A stretch of 64,000 bases of DNA from an uncultured Actinomycetes bacterium (GCA_963746165.1 CAVVAG010000022.1:38822-102821); one strand, 5' to 3'. Shown: positions 1 through 8,464, numbered from the stretch's first letter. Notes: a model not told the origin generated them from the letters alone. Numbers and translations are program-made.

Positions 1-1
1 C

Positions 2-436
2 TTTCAGATCGCGGACGCGCTGGGCCCGGCTGTCGCCGGCCTCGGCTGGATCGGCCTGCTCGACGAGCCGCCGGCGCCCGGCAGCGCGAACGTGGGCCTG
101 ATGACGTTCGCGGGGCAGCCCAAGCCGGCGTTCCGAGCGATGGCACGAGCGCCCAGCGAGCGCCTGCGCCCCGCCGTCATCGCACCTTCGAGCATCAGCC
201 GCGCGCGCCTGCGCAGCGCCGGGCTGGCGGTCACGGTCACGCCCAGGGTCACCGGCACCGTCGTCGTCGAGCTGCGCCGCGGGACCGCCGTCCGCGCGCG
301 CACGCGCTTCAGCGGCCGCGCCGGCCGGCGCACCACCGCGCGCGTGCGCGGCACCGGCGTCGCGGCCGGCCGCTACGTCGTGGACGTCCGTGCGCCGCGT
401 GCGGCGACGGTGCGTCGCACCGTGGCCGTGCGGTAG
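2..436 (+). CDS. 3' end of a gene that starts upstream of the window (secreted or glycosyl-hydrolase-like C-terminus; function not assignable)
   Basis: The frame is open from base 2 (FQIADALGPAVAGLGWIGLLDEPP...GLMTFAGQPKPAF) to TAG at 434-436, with high GC3. Confidence 0.5.
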   Translation, partial: FQIADALGPAVAGLGWIGLLDEPPAPGSANVGLMTFAGQPKPAFRAMARAPSERLRPAVIAPSSISRARLRSAGLAVTVTPRVTGTVVVELRRGTAVRARTRFSGRAGRRTTARVRGTGVAAGRYVVDVRAPRAATVRRTVAVR

Positions 437-484
437 GTCCCACGCCCGCGTGATGTATAAGCCGGGACAGGGCGAGGAGGGCCC

Positions 485-1201
485 ATGACGCGCACGACGG
501 TCCGCACAATCAGCGCAGCGTGCATCGCACTCGCCGTCGGCGTGGCGGCGCGTGCGCCGGCGCAGGAGTACGTGCCGCCGCCGACCGCGAAGCCCGCGGG
601 CTGCCCCCAGACCGGCCTGCTCTTCACCGGTACCGCGACCGCCAACGCGATCTCCGGCACGCCGCTGAGCGACGTCCTGCTCGGCGGTGGCGGATCGGAC
701 ACCCTCGAGGCCATCGGCGGCGCCGACTGCCTGTACGGCGAGCTTGGCAACGACACGCTCGACGGCGGCGACGGCGACGACGTCCTGTCCGGCGCTGCGG
801 GCAGCGACCGCGCGAGCGGTGGCACCGGCAACGACCGGGTCAACGGCGAGGCCGGCGACGACACGCTGGTGGGCAGCTCGGGCCAGGACCGGCTCTCCGG
901 CGGGGCGGGCGCCGACACGCTCATCGGCGGCTCGGGCGCGGACACGCTGGCCGGCGGCGCCGGCAACGACAACGTCACCGGCGGCTCGGGGATCGACAGG
1001 ATCACCGGCGGCGCGGGCAACGACAGGATCAGCGGCAGCGGCGGCCGCGACAGCGTGAGCGCCGGCGCGGGCAACGACCGTGTCTCGGCGCGCGACAAGG
1101 TCCGCGACGCCGTCGACTGCGGCGCGGGCAAGAGCGACACGGTGACGGCCGACAAGATCGACGGCGTCAAGGCCAACTGCGAGTTCGTCGCGCGCAAGTA
1201 G
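485..1201 (+). CDS. secreted calcium-binding protein with hemolysin-type (RTX) nonapeptide repeats
   Basis: GAGGAGGG Shine-Dalgarno sequence before the ATG. N-terminal signal-like peptide (ISAACIALAVGVAARAPAQE). 15 in-register xLxGGxGxD units. C-terminal D..DCGAG..D....NCEF motif. Confidence 0.85.
   Translation: MTRTTVRTISAACIALAVGVAARAPAQEYVPPPTAKPAGCPQTGLLFTGTATANAISGTPLSDVLLGGGGSDTLEAIGGADCLYGELGNDTLDGGDGDDVLSGAAGSDRASGGTGNDRVNGEAGDDTLVGSSGQDRLSGGAGADTLIGGSGADTLAGGAGNDNVTGGSGIDRITGGAGNDRISGSGGRDSVSAGAGNDRVSARDKVRDAVDCGAGKSDTVTADKIDGVKANCEFVARK
677..1081 (+). repeat. 15 consecutive 27-nt (9-aa) RTX GGxGxD coding repeats
   Basis: LLGGGGSDT/LEAIGGADC/LYGELGNDT/LDGGDGDDV/LSGAAGSDR/ASGGTGNDR/VNGEAGDDT/LVGSSGQDR/LSGGAGADT/LIGGSGADT/LAGGAGNDN/VTGGSGIDR/ITGGAGNDR/ISGSGGRDS/VSAGAGNDR, with no register break. 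Confidence 0.85.
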
Positions 1202-1211
1202 CCTGCCGGCC

Positions 1212-1574
1212 ATGAGCATCCTGACGATCTACGAGGTCTCGCGATGCTCGACGTGTCGCAACCTGGCGGCGCTGCTCGCCGAGCGCGGCGTGGAGTACGA
1301 CGGCGTCGAGTACCACCAGACCGGCCTCGACGAGGCGACGATCCGAGACCTGCTGGCGAAGTCGGGCCTGAGCGCCCGCGACATCCTGCGCGCCCGCGAG
1401 CCCCTCGTGGCCGAGCTCGGGCTGCTCGAGGGCGACGGGGCGAGCGACGATGCGATCATCGCGGCGATGGCCGAGCATCCGCGGCTCATGCAGCGGCCGA
1501 TCGCCGTGTGCGGTGACCGCGCCCTTCTGGCGCGGCCGGTCGAGCGCGTGCTGGAGCTGCTCGATCAGCCCTGA
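1212..1574 (+). CDS. ArsC/Spx/YffB-family thioredoxin-fold protein
   Basis: 120 aa with an N-terminal CxxC (YEVSRCSTCRNL) and the family-typical ...MQRPI... C-terminal part. Confidence 0.75.
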   Translation: MSILTIYEVSRCSTCRNLAALLAERGVEYDGVEYHQTGLDEATIRDLLAKSGLSARDILRAREPLVAELGLLEGDGASDDAIIAAMAEHPRLMQRPIAVCGDRALLARPVERVLELLDQP

Positions 1575-1596
1575 GCCGGCGACGGCCGCCGCGCCG

Positions 1597-2220
1597 GTGA
1601 CCGTGCGCCGTGCGGTGCCGGCCGACTTCGGCGCGCTGGCGGAGATGCTGTCTCGCGCGTTCTACGACGATCCCGTCACCGCCTGGTTCTATCCCGACGA
1701 CGCGCGGCGCCTGCGCCACGGCCGCCGGTTCTTCGAGATCCGCCTGCGCCAGCTCGCCGGCCACGGCCTGATCCACACGAGCGACGACCTGAGCGGCGCC
1801 GCGCTGTGGGCGCCGCCGGGACACTGGCGCGAGGACTTCCGCCAGTCCCTGCGCATGCTGCCGATGCTGCCGGTCCTCCTGCCGAACATCGCGCGCTCGA
1901 CGCGCGCCGTGCGGGAGATCGAGCGCCGCCATCCCGTCGAGCCGCACTACTACCTGTCGGTCATCGGGACCGACCCACGCAAACAGGGCGGAGGTATCGG
2001 CTCCGCCCTGCTCGCTCCCATGCTGGATGTGTGTGACGAAGCCGGCGCGGCGGCCTACCTCGAGTCCTCGAAGGAGAGCAATCTCTCGTTCTACGCCCGC
2101 CACGGGTTCGCCGTGAGGGAGCTCATCGAGTTGCCCGAGGGGCCGCCGCTGTGGCTCATGTGGAGGGAACCAGGCCGCCGCCGAACAGGCCGCCGAGGAG
2201 GCTGTTCAGCAGGCCGGTGA
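1597..2220 (+). CDS. GNAT-family N-acetyltransferase
   Basis: Acetyl-CoA motif QGGGIGSALL, then ...AYLESS...N..FYARHGF. GTG start chosen just after the ArsC stop; the ORF-track start at 1450 overlaps the upstream gene. The 3' end overlaps the convergent gene by 65 nt. Confidence 0.75.
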   Translation: MTVRRAVPADFGALAEMLSRAFYDDPVTAWFYPDDARRLRHGRRFFEIRLRQLAGHGLIHTSDDLSGAALWAPPGHWREDFRQSLRMLPMLPVLLPNIARSTRAVREIERRHPVEPHYYLSVIGTDPRKQGGGIGSALLAPMLDVCDEAGAAAYLESSKESNLSFYARHGFAVRELIELPEGPPLWLMWREPGRRRTGRRGGCSAGR

Positions 2221-3211
2221 CCGTGCTCATGATGCCGCCGATGCCGGCGACCGGCGAGCCGCCCGAGCCGCCGCCGAAGAGGCCGCCGAGCAGGCCGTCG
2301 AGCAGGCCGCCGATGCCGCCGAGGCTGTCCGAGCCCCCGCCGCCGAGGATGCCGCCGAGCAGGCCGCCGAGGCCGAAGGCGCCACCGGCCGAAGCCGACG
2401 TGCCGCCGACGAAGGGCAGCGAGCCCAGGATCGTGTCGATGAGGCCCGTGACCGTGTTCAGCACGGTCGGGACGATCGTGCCGACGACGCCGTTGACCAT
2501 GTTCAGCACCTGCGCGAGCGGGCCCTGGACGGCGGCCGGGAGCATCGGGATCAGGCTCTGGATCATCTCGAACGCGTCGTCGATCATCGCGGTCGCCATG
2601 CCGAGGCACTGGCTCACGATGGCCGAGATGTCGACGGGCAGCACGCCCGACGTCGCGGCGTCGTTGAGGTTGACGACCTCGGTCGCGTCACCGGCGCCCA
2701 GGGCGGCGATGATCGACGCGATGATCGGCTGCGCCGCGACCGGAACCTGCGGGAGGATCTGGTTGAGGACGTCGATGATCTTCTGCTTGCCGGCGAGGCT
2801 CGGGGCGATCGAGTTGGCGACCTGCGCCTGGACCTGACCCGAGATCTGGTCGACGATCGCGGTGATCGCCTCGACGAGATCGTCGTACTGCGTGCCGGCC
2901 AGCGTCAGCGCCTGAGCGGCCTTGAGGTTCTGCGACTCCGAGCTGGCCCTGTTGGCCATCCGGCGCGCGGTCTTCGACGCCGCCGCGCTCTGTGAGCGGG
3001 CGATCTTCAGCTGCTTGGCGACCATCTTGCTGTCGCCGAGGCGCGCGTAGCGCTTGATGCGCTTGACGGCCTTGGTCGCCTTGTCGACGTTGGCCTGAAC
3101 GGCGGCCTTCGACGGAGCGACGGAGTTCGTGGAGGCCGACGCTGTGGCGGGAACCGCCACCAGCGTGGCCAGCGTCGCCATGACGGCGACGAGACGACGG
3201 GACTGAGACAT
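2156..3211 (-). CDS. secreted protein with a helical N-terminal half and a Gly/Leu-rich C-terminal half (function unknown)
   Basis: ATG at 3211 (MSQSRRLVAVMATLATLVAVPATASA, a signal peptide). Length is in frame with the stop at 2156. Repeated GGLLGG/GLLxxLLGGLFGGG tail. The upstream 400 aa of the 749-aa track ORF is Arg-rich antisense of the sigma gene. Confidence 0.75.
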   Translation of the reverse strand: MSQSRRLVAVMATLATLVAVPATASASTNSVAPSKAAVQANVDKATKAVKRIKRYARLGDSKMVAKQLKIARSQSAAASKTARRMANRASSESQNLKAAQALTLAGTQYDDLVEAITAIVDQISGQVQAQVANSIAPSLAGKQKIIDVLNQILPQVPVAAQPIIASIIAALGAGDATEVVNLNDAATSGVLPVDISAIVSQCLGMATAMIDDAFEMIQSLIPMLPAAVQGPLAQVLNMVNGVVGTIVPTVLNTVTGLIDTILGSLPFVGGTSASAGGAFGLGGLLGGILGGGGSDSLGGIGGLLDGLLGGLFGGGSGGSPVAGIGGIMSTVTGLLNSLLGGLFGGGLVPST

Positions 3212-3390
3212 GGGTGTTGTGTGCCCCCTTCGGCAACTGGGCGGCCTACGTGAGGCCCCTGGTTTTGCGCGCCCGCCTCGCGACGGGTTTGCCGTTTCGT
3301 ATGTGCTTCTGCCGCTACCACGGAGGGGGCCGCCGGTTGTGATGCGGTACCTGTGACCGCGTTCGACAGTTGGCGCGTTGGCGCTATCGG

Positions 3391-4935
3391 TCAGCGGCGG
3401 CCGAACAGGCTCTGCAGCACGCCGTCGACCCCGCTGAGCAGCGACTGCACAGGTGCCAGGACGTTCGTGACGGTCGTGGTGCCGGACGGCGGCGAGGCCG
3501 GCGGCGTCGTCGTGTTCGAAGGCAGCTTCAGCCCGACGGTGGCAAGGATGTCGTCGAGCAGCGGCCCGACCGAGCCCAGCGTGCTCTCGATGAGCCCACT
3601 CGCCGCGGCGAGCGCTGACTGGGTGCCGGGCGCGGCGAGGCGCTGCGCGTCGTTGAACGCGTCGAGGATGCGGTCGCGGACCCGCTGCAGCTCGTCGGCC
3701 GCGAGCTGCTCGGGCGTCGGGCCGACGGTCGCGGGCCGGCGCGCGGCGGCCGGCTCGTCGTTCACGGTCGAGTGCTGGGGCGACGTCGTGTCGGGGAGGG
3801 GCGTGATGGGCGCGACGCGAGCTCCGCGGCCGGCGCCGGCGAGGTCGGCGGCGTCGGTGCTCGTCTCGCTCGTGCGCACGCGGGCGCTCGCGGCGGCCTC
3901 GCGGGCGGCGCGGGCGGCGCGGGCGCGGCGCGCATTGGCCGCGTCGGCGAGCGCCTGCTCGCGCACCTGGTCGTGCAACGGGGAGAGCGCGGCCGGCGCC
4001 CTGGCGATCGCGCCCTGCGTCGCCGGCGCCGCGTGCTTGACCACCTTGGGGAGCTCGACGGCCGCGGTGCCGGTCGTCGCGACGACGGCGGCGACCGCGA
4101 AGCCCTTCACGGCGACCGGCAGCCCGGCCCAGCCCAGTCCGCCTGCGCCCGCCGCGGCGCCGCCGCCGGTGGCCGACACGGCGAGGATGCTCGCGCCGGC
4201 CGTGCCGGCGCCGTAGCCGAGCAGGCCGAGCGCACCCGCACCGCCGGCGAGCCAGGGACCGAGCATGTGCAGGTCGGCTTGGCGCATGCCCATCGCGCGC
4301 TCGAAGGTGGCGCAGTCGTCGCAGGAGCGCAGGTGGGCGCGCACCCCGCGGGCGCGGAGGTGGCGCCGGTCGCCGTCGGAGAGGCAGCGGCGCACGCTCG
4401 TGCACGCGGTGGCGCGGCCGTCGACGGCGTCGTGCAGGGCGGTGCGCGCGTCGAAGACGGCGCGGCGGGCGGCCTCGTTGGAGACGCCGAGGGCGAGGCC
4501 GATCTCGTCGTAGCTCAGGCCGCTGAGCTCGCGCATGACCAGCGCGCCGCGCTGGCGCTCGGGCAGCATCCGCAGGTCGTCGACGAGCTGCGCCAGACGC
4601 GTGCGCTGCTCGGAGTCGACGTCCGGACCGGGAACGGTCAGCAGGTCATCGGTGTCGACGCCGCTGGCGATCGGCTGGCGCCGGCGGACGATGTTGATCG
4701 CCTCGTTGTGGGCGATCCGGTACAGCCACGGCTTCAGCGGACGGCCCGGCTCGCGGCGCGGCAGCGCGCGCAGGGCGTTCTCCAGCGCGCTCTGGGTCGC
4801 GTCGTGGGCGTCGTCGCTGTCGAGCAGGATCGAGCGGCAGTAGCCGAGCAGCGGCTCGTGGTAGCGCTCGCAGAGGGCGGCGAAGGCGCCGGTGTTGCCG
4901 GCCGCCGCGCGGCTGGCGAGGGCCTCGTCCCCCAT
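3391..4935 (-). CDS. ECF sigma-70 factor fused in frame to a zinc-finger anti-sigma domain, transmembrane region and extracytoplasmic domain
   Basis: Region 2 PWLYRIAHNEAINIVRRR. Region 4 ERQRGALVMRELSGLSYDEIGLALGVSNEAARRA. Then HLRSCDDC (HxxxCxxC), Gly/Ala-rich hydrophobic segments and about 270 aa more. Start taken at MGDEALASRAAAGN; ATGs at 4995 and 5001 are alternatives. Confidence 0.8.
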   Translation of the reverse strand: MGDEALASRAAAGNTGAFAALCERYHEPLLGYCRSILLDSDDAHDATQSALENALRALPRREPGRPLKPWLYRIAHNEAINIVRRRQPIASGVDTDDLLTVPGPDVDSEQRTRLAQLVDDLRMLPERQRGALVMRELSGLSYDEIGLALGVSNEAARRAVFDARTALHDAVDGRATACTSVRRCLSDGDRRHLRARGVRAHLRSCDDCATFERAMGMRQADLHMLGPWLAGGAGALGLLGYGAGTAGASILAVSATGGGAAAGAGGLGWAGLPVAVKGFAVAAVVATTGTAAVELPKVVKHAAPATQGAIARAPAALSPLHDQVREQALADAANARRARAARAAREAAASARVRTSETSTDAADLAGAGRGARVAPITPLPDTTSPQHSTVNDEPAAARRPATVGPTPEQLAADELQRVRDRILDAFNDAQRLAAPGTQSALAAASGLIESTLGSVGPLLDDILATVGLKLPSNTTTPPASPPSGTTTVTNVLAPVQSLLSGVDGVLQSLFGRR

Positions 4936-5054
4936 CCGCGCGAAGGAGATGATGCGCGGGGACCGATGGGGGAGGGCGGCGACGGGGGCGTGCATTCTCA
5001 TCCCCGTATCGGCAGCGGGGGACGAGGCTTTGAGCCACGTACTCTTCGTGCCGC

Positions 5055-6116
5055 ATGCCCGTCCAGGGATCCATCGGGTCGAACATCACTTCGTTCTTCG
5101 ACGCAGTGGGTTCGTTCTTCGACTCACTGTCGCGGGTCGGCTGGCTGTCGCTGCTGCTCGGCGCCACCGCCTTCGTCGTCTATCTGAGCCTGCGCTCGCG
5201 GGCGTTCTTTCACACGCTGCGCGCCGCCTATCCCGACGAGCCGATCGAGTTTCGCCGCATCTGGGGGGCGTACATCGCCGCCTACGGCTTCAACAACGTC
5301 ATCCCGGCCCGCGGCGGCGACGTCATCAAGCTGTTTCTCGTCAAGCGCTCGATCCCGCACGCGACATACCCCGCCGTGGGCGCGGCGATCTGCGTCGAGG
5401 CGGTCTTCGACCTGTTCATGGCGATCTTCGTGCTCGCCTTCGCGTTCAGCCAGGGCGTCTTTCCCAAGCCGCCGGACTTCGCGAAGCTCAACGCGTTCGA
5501 CCTGTCGTTCCTCGCCAGCCATCCGAAGTTCACGCTGTTTGCGCTGACGTTCGGGGCGGTCGCGCTGCTCGTCGGCTTCGCGGTGCTGTCACAGCGCGTG
5601 AAGGCGTTCTGGGAGCGGGTGCGCCAGGGCCTGACGATCCTCTTCGACCGGCGACGCTATCTGCGCGAGGTGTTCGCCTGGCAGCTGGCGGGATGGGGCT
5701 TTCGCTTCACCGCGTTCTGGTTTCTGCTCGAGGCCTTCAACGTCGGCGGCTCGGTGCGCAACGTGCTGCTCGTGCTCGGCGTCAACGCGATCGCGGCCGT
5801 GGTGCCGTTCACGCCGGGCGGCGCGGGCGTGCAGCAGGCGCTGCTCGTCAAGGTCTTCGCCGGCGCGGCGTCCGGCGCCACGGTGGCCGCGTACTCCGTC
5901 GGCCAGCAGATCGTGATCGCGGTGGCGACGCTGGGCACGGGCTTCGCGGCGCTCGTCTCCATCTTCCGGATCCGCTCCTTCAAGGAGGCGATGCGGATGG
6001 GCAAGGAGGAGCGCGACGCCGAGAAGGCGGCGGCGCGCGGCGAGCCGCCGCCTATTGCAGTCCCTGACGGGCCTCGCGAACGAGCGCGACGGCGTCGGGA
6101 AAGACCGTTGCCATGA
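5055..6116 (+). CDS. lysylphosphatidylglycerol-synthase-TM-region / flippase-like (UPF0104) integral membrane protein
   Basis: Multiple TM helices. The conserved IPARGGDVIKL and VPFTPGGAGVQQALL motifs are typical of this family. Confidence 0.7.
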   Translation: MPVQGSIGSNITSFFDAVGSFFDSLSRVGWLSLLLGATAFVVYLSLRSRAFFHTLRAAYPDEPIEFRRIWGAYIAAYGFNNVIPARGGDVIKLFLVKRSIPHATYPAVGAAICVEAVFDLFMAIFVLAFAFSQGVFPKPPDFAKLNAFDLSFLASHPKFTLFALTFGAVALLVGFAVLSQRVKAFWERVRQGLTILFDRRRYLREVFAWQLAGWGFRFTAFWFLLEAFNVGGSVRNVLLVLGVNAIAAVVPFTPGGAGVQQALLVKVFAGAASGATVAAYSVGQQIVIAVATLGTGFAALVSIFRIRSFKEAMRMGKEERDAEKAAARGEPPPIAVPDGPRERARRRRERPLP

Positions 6117-6360
6117 CCGCGCGGATCTGCTCGGCCTGCTGCTCGATCGTCCCCTGGATGTTGACGCGATTGATCGCCGCGACCGTCATCTCGACGGCCA
6201 GCTTGATCGCGTTGTCCGCCCAGACGAGACCCTGCTGAGCCTGCATCGACTCAGCGAACTCCGCCATCTTTCGTGCCAGGTCCTCGGGGTCGCCGAAGAG
6301 TCCTCCGAATCCACCTTCCATGCGACAAAGCGTAGCTGGGTCGTCGCTCGGGCCAGCCAC
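6052..6360 (-). CDS. small hypothetical protein
   Basis: Coding-like composition (MEGGFGGLFGDPEDLARKMAEFAESMQAQQ...). An alternative leaderless ATG start lies at 6321, with TACGCT 7 nt upstream. Confidence 0.5.
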   Translation of the reverse strand: MAGPSDDPATLCRMEGGFGGLFGDPEDLARKMAEFAESMQAQQGLVWADNAIKLAVEMTVAAINRVNIQGTIEQQAEQIRAVMATVFPDAVALVREARQGLQ

Positions 6361-6386
6361 TGGATGGTTGATCTAGGGTCGTGTCC

Positions 6387-7157
6387 ATGCCACACGCCGA
6401 GGGCGCGGGGGTCGCGCTGCACTATCTCTCCGAGGGGGCGGGGCCCGCGGTGCTGCTCGTTCACGGCATGGCCTCCGACGCGCCGGCGTGGGCGCCGGCG
6501 CTGTCGCAGCTCGCGTCCGCCGGGCTGCGCGCGGTCGCGCTGGACCGGCGCGGCTACGGCGACAGCGGCGCGCCCGAGCCCTACGCGGCGACGACCATCC
6601 AGGAGCAGGCCGAGGACGTCGCCGCGCTGCTGCGCGCGATCGACGCCGTGCCGGCGCTCCTCGTCGGCGACGGCTTCGGCGCCCTGGTCGTGCTCGAGCT
6701 GCTCGTGCGCCGTCCCGACCTCGCGCGCGCGGCCGTGCTCGCCGATCCGCCGCTGCACGCGTTCGTGCCCGGCGCCACGGCAGCGCTGGCCGAGGAGCGC
6801 ACGCTGCTGGAGGAGGGGCTGCGCGAAGGCGGCCGCGCGGCCGCGGTACGCGCCTGGCTCGCCGGCGCCGGGGTCGCGGCGGAGGATGCTCGGACGCACC
6901 GCGCGGTCGTCTCCGCGCAGGGCTTCTTCGCCGACTACGCCGGGCAGTCGAGCTGGTCGCCGTCGCGTGGGGAGCTGCGCTCGAGCGCCGTGCCGGTCGC
7001 GGTCGTGACGGGGCCGGCGACCGCGCCGCACGTGGTCGCGGCGGCCGACGCGATCGCCCGGCTCGTCCCGGGCGCGCGGCGCGCCGACGACGGCGACGTG
7101 GTGGCCGCCATCCTCAGCCTCGCCGCCGAAGGCGACGTTCCCGACCGGGAGGCGTGA
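6387..7157 (+). CDS. alpha/beta-fold hydrolase family protein
   Basis: GPAVLLVHGMASD and DRRGYGDS motifs. The nucleophile elbow reads VGDGFGA. GTG at 6381 is an alternative start. Confidence 0.75.
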   Translation: MPHAEGAGVALHYLSEGAGPAVLLVHGMASDAPAWAPALSQLASAGLRAVALDRRGYGDSGAPEPYAATTIQEQAEDVAALLRAIDAVPALLVGDGFGALVVLELLVRRPDLARAAVLADPPLHAFVPGATAALAEERTLLEEGLREGGRAAAVRAWLAGAGVAAEDARTHRAVVSAQGFFADYAGQSSWSPSRGELRSSAVPVAVVTGPATAPHVVAAADAIARLVPGARRADDGDVVAAILSLAAEGDVPDREA

Positions 7158-7312
7158 AGCAGCGCCGACCCGGCGTCGCTGCGCGGCCGGCCGGTCGCTC
7201 GAGCATCACGGTGATGAAGCGGCGCGAGCGGGCGAGCCTCGCCGATCGGCTCGTCGCTCCTTCACGCCCAGCGCACGCCAACCGACACATCGCCGCGGCG
7301 GCGCGATCGGCC

Positions 7313-7347
7313 TGTCGGTCGTTCATGACATGCATGAACGACCGACA
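7313..7347. repeat. perfect 15-bp inverted repeat (hairpin; possible bidirectional terminator or operator)
   Basis: TGTCGGTCGTTCATG-ACATG-CATGAACGACCGACA, inside the 362-bp gap between convergent genes. A related ACCGACAC word lies about 30 nt upstream. Confidence 0.6.
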
Positions 7348-7519
7348 CGCTGGCCGCGTGCTGCGATCCATGTGTCACTCGACGATGCGGTCGGCTCGGT
7401 GCAGCCGGCGCCCGCTCCACCCGGCACAGACCACGACACCCCCGCGCGTCACACCTCAGAGATGCCGTTCGACCATGCGAACGAACCCGCCAAGCGCAGC
7501 GCGAAGCGCGCCAGCCCGC

Positions 7520-8464
7520 TCAGATCCGCCGCGCCACCACCGCGACCGTGCCGCCACGCCGCGCGAGGCCGAACAGCAGCTCCGCGGCGATCGCGACCGG
7601 GATGAGCGGCAGCGCGGCAGCGGTGATGAGCGCGTCGCGGTGGCGCAGAGGGGCGTTTCGCTTCAGCGCGTGGTAGAGCCACGAGGGCGTCTCGGTGGCG
7701 CGGCTGACGACCGACACCCACAGCCCGAACGGGTTGTGCTCGGCGAGGAGGTGATGGGTGGCGACCGGCTGCAACCCGTGGCGGCGCAGGAGGGCGTGCA
7801 GTCCGCGCACCGTGAAGTGGGTGCGGTGGCGCGGGACGTCGAGGTGATACCAGCGCTCCCCGCCGGCGCGGGCCTGGACGCTGGCGAGATTCGGCACGCC
7901 GACGACGAGCAGGCCGCCCGGCGCCAGCCACGCGGCGACCCGCTCCAGCGCTGCGCCCGGCTCGTCGAGGTGCTCGAGGACGTGCCACAGCGACGCCGCG
8001 TCCAGCGTGCCCGGCGCGATCGCCGCGTCCTCGATTCCCGCCTGCTCGAGCTCGATCCCGCGCGCGCGCGCGCCGGCGACCCCGCGCAGCGAGGGCTCGA
8101 TCCCGTCGGCCTGCCAGCCCGCCGCACGTGCCTGTGCGACGAAGCGCCCACGGCCCGCCCCGACGTCGAGCAGGCGCCCGGGCGGGCGGGCCCCCGCGCG
8201 CGCGAGGAACGTCAGGCGGCGGCGGTCGAAGCTGCGCAGCAACGGCGCGGCGAGCTGCGACCCGCGCGGGCTGCCACCGCCGTAGGCGCCCGCCTCGTGC
8301 GCCTCGGGCGGCGCGGGCGCCAGCGTCGCCGCGCTCCCGCAGTTCGCGCAGCGCACGAGGGCGTACGAGCCGGGCAGCGCCGGGTCCGAGCCGGGGACGA
8401 TGCGCCACGGCGCCAGGGTGCGCTCGCCGCACGCCGGGCAGGGCCGGCTCGCCGGCTCGCTCAC
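7520..8464 (-). CDS. class I SAM-dependent methyltransferase with an N-terminal Cys4 zinc ribbon
   Basis: CPACG...CANCG. SAM motif LLDVGAGRGRF. WHVLEHLDEP and LAPGGLLVVGVPN. Confidence 0.85.
   Translation of the reverse strand: MSEPASRPCPACGERTLAPWRIVPGSDPALPGSYALVRCANCGSAATLAPAPPEAHEAGAYGGGSPRGSQLAAPLLRSFDRRRLTFLARAGARPPGRLLDVGAGRGRFVAQARAAGWQADGIEPSLRGVAGARARGIELEQAGIEDAAIAPGTLDAASLWHVLEHLDEPGAALERVAAWLAPGGLLVVGVPNLASVQARAGGERWYHLDVPRHRTHFTVRGLHALLRRHGLQPVATHHLLAEHNPFGLWVSVVSRATETPSWLYHALKRNAPLRHRDALITAAALPLIPVAIAAELLFGLARRGGTVAVVARRI

Noticed and set aside
2156-2220. 65-nt 3' overlaps of convergent genes, here and at 6052-6116, as possible antisense regulation.
   Set aside because: The overlapping tails are low-complexity read-on until the first stop in high-GC sequence. 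There is no independent evidence of function.
677-3211. Repetitive DNA (the RTX and Gly-rich regions) as a possible CRISPR array or non-coding tandem repeat.
   Set aside because: The repeats are in frame, of protein-coding periodicity (27 nt), and degenerate at the DNA level, with no spacer/repeat architecture.
2156-4405. 749-aa ORF on the minus strand.
   Set aside because: Only the last 351 codons (from the ATG at 3211, with a signal peptide) look like protein. The upstream part is Arg/Pro-rich and is an alternate frame of the sigma-fusion gene plus the intergenic spacer.
7114-7605. ORFs 7114-7371 (-) and 7330-7605 (+) in the gap between convergent genes.
   Set aside because: Composition is poor (Arg/Ala-rich), they have no Shine-Dalgarno sequence, and they straddle the inverted repeat. 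The region is treated as non-coding.
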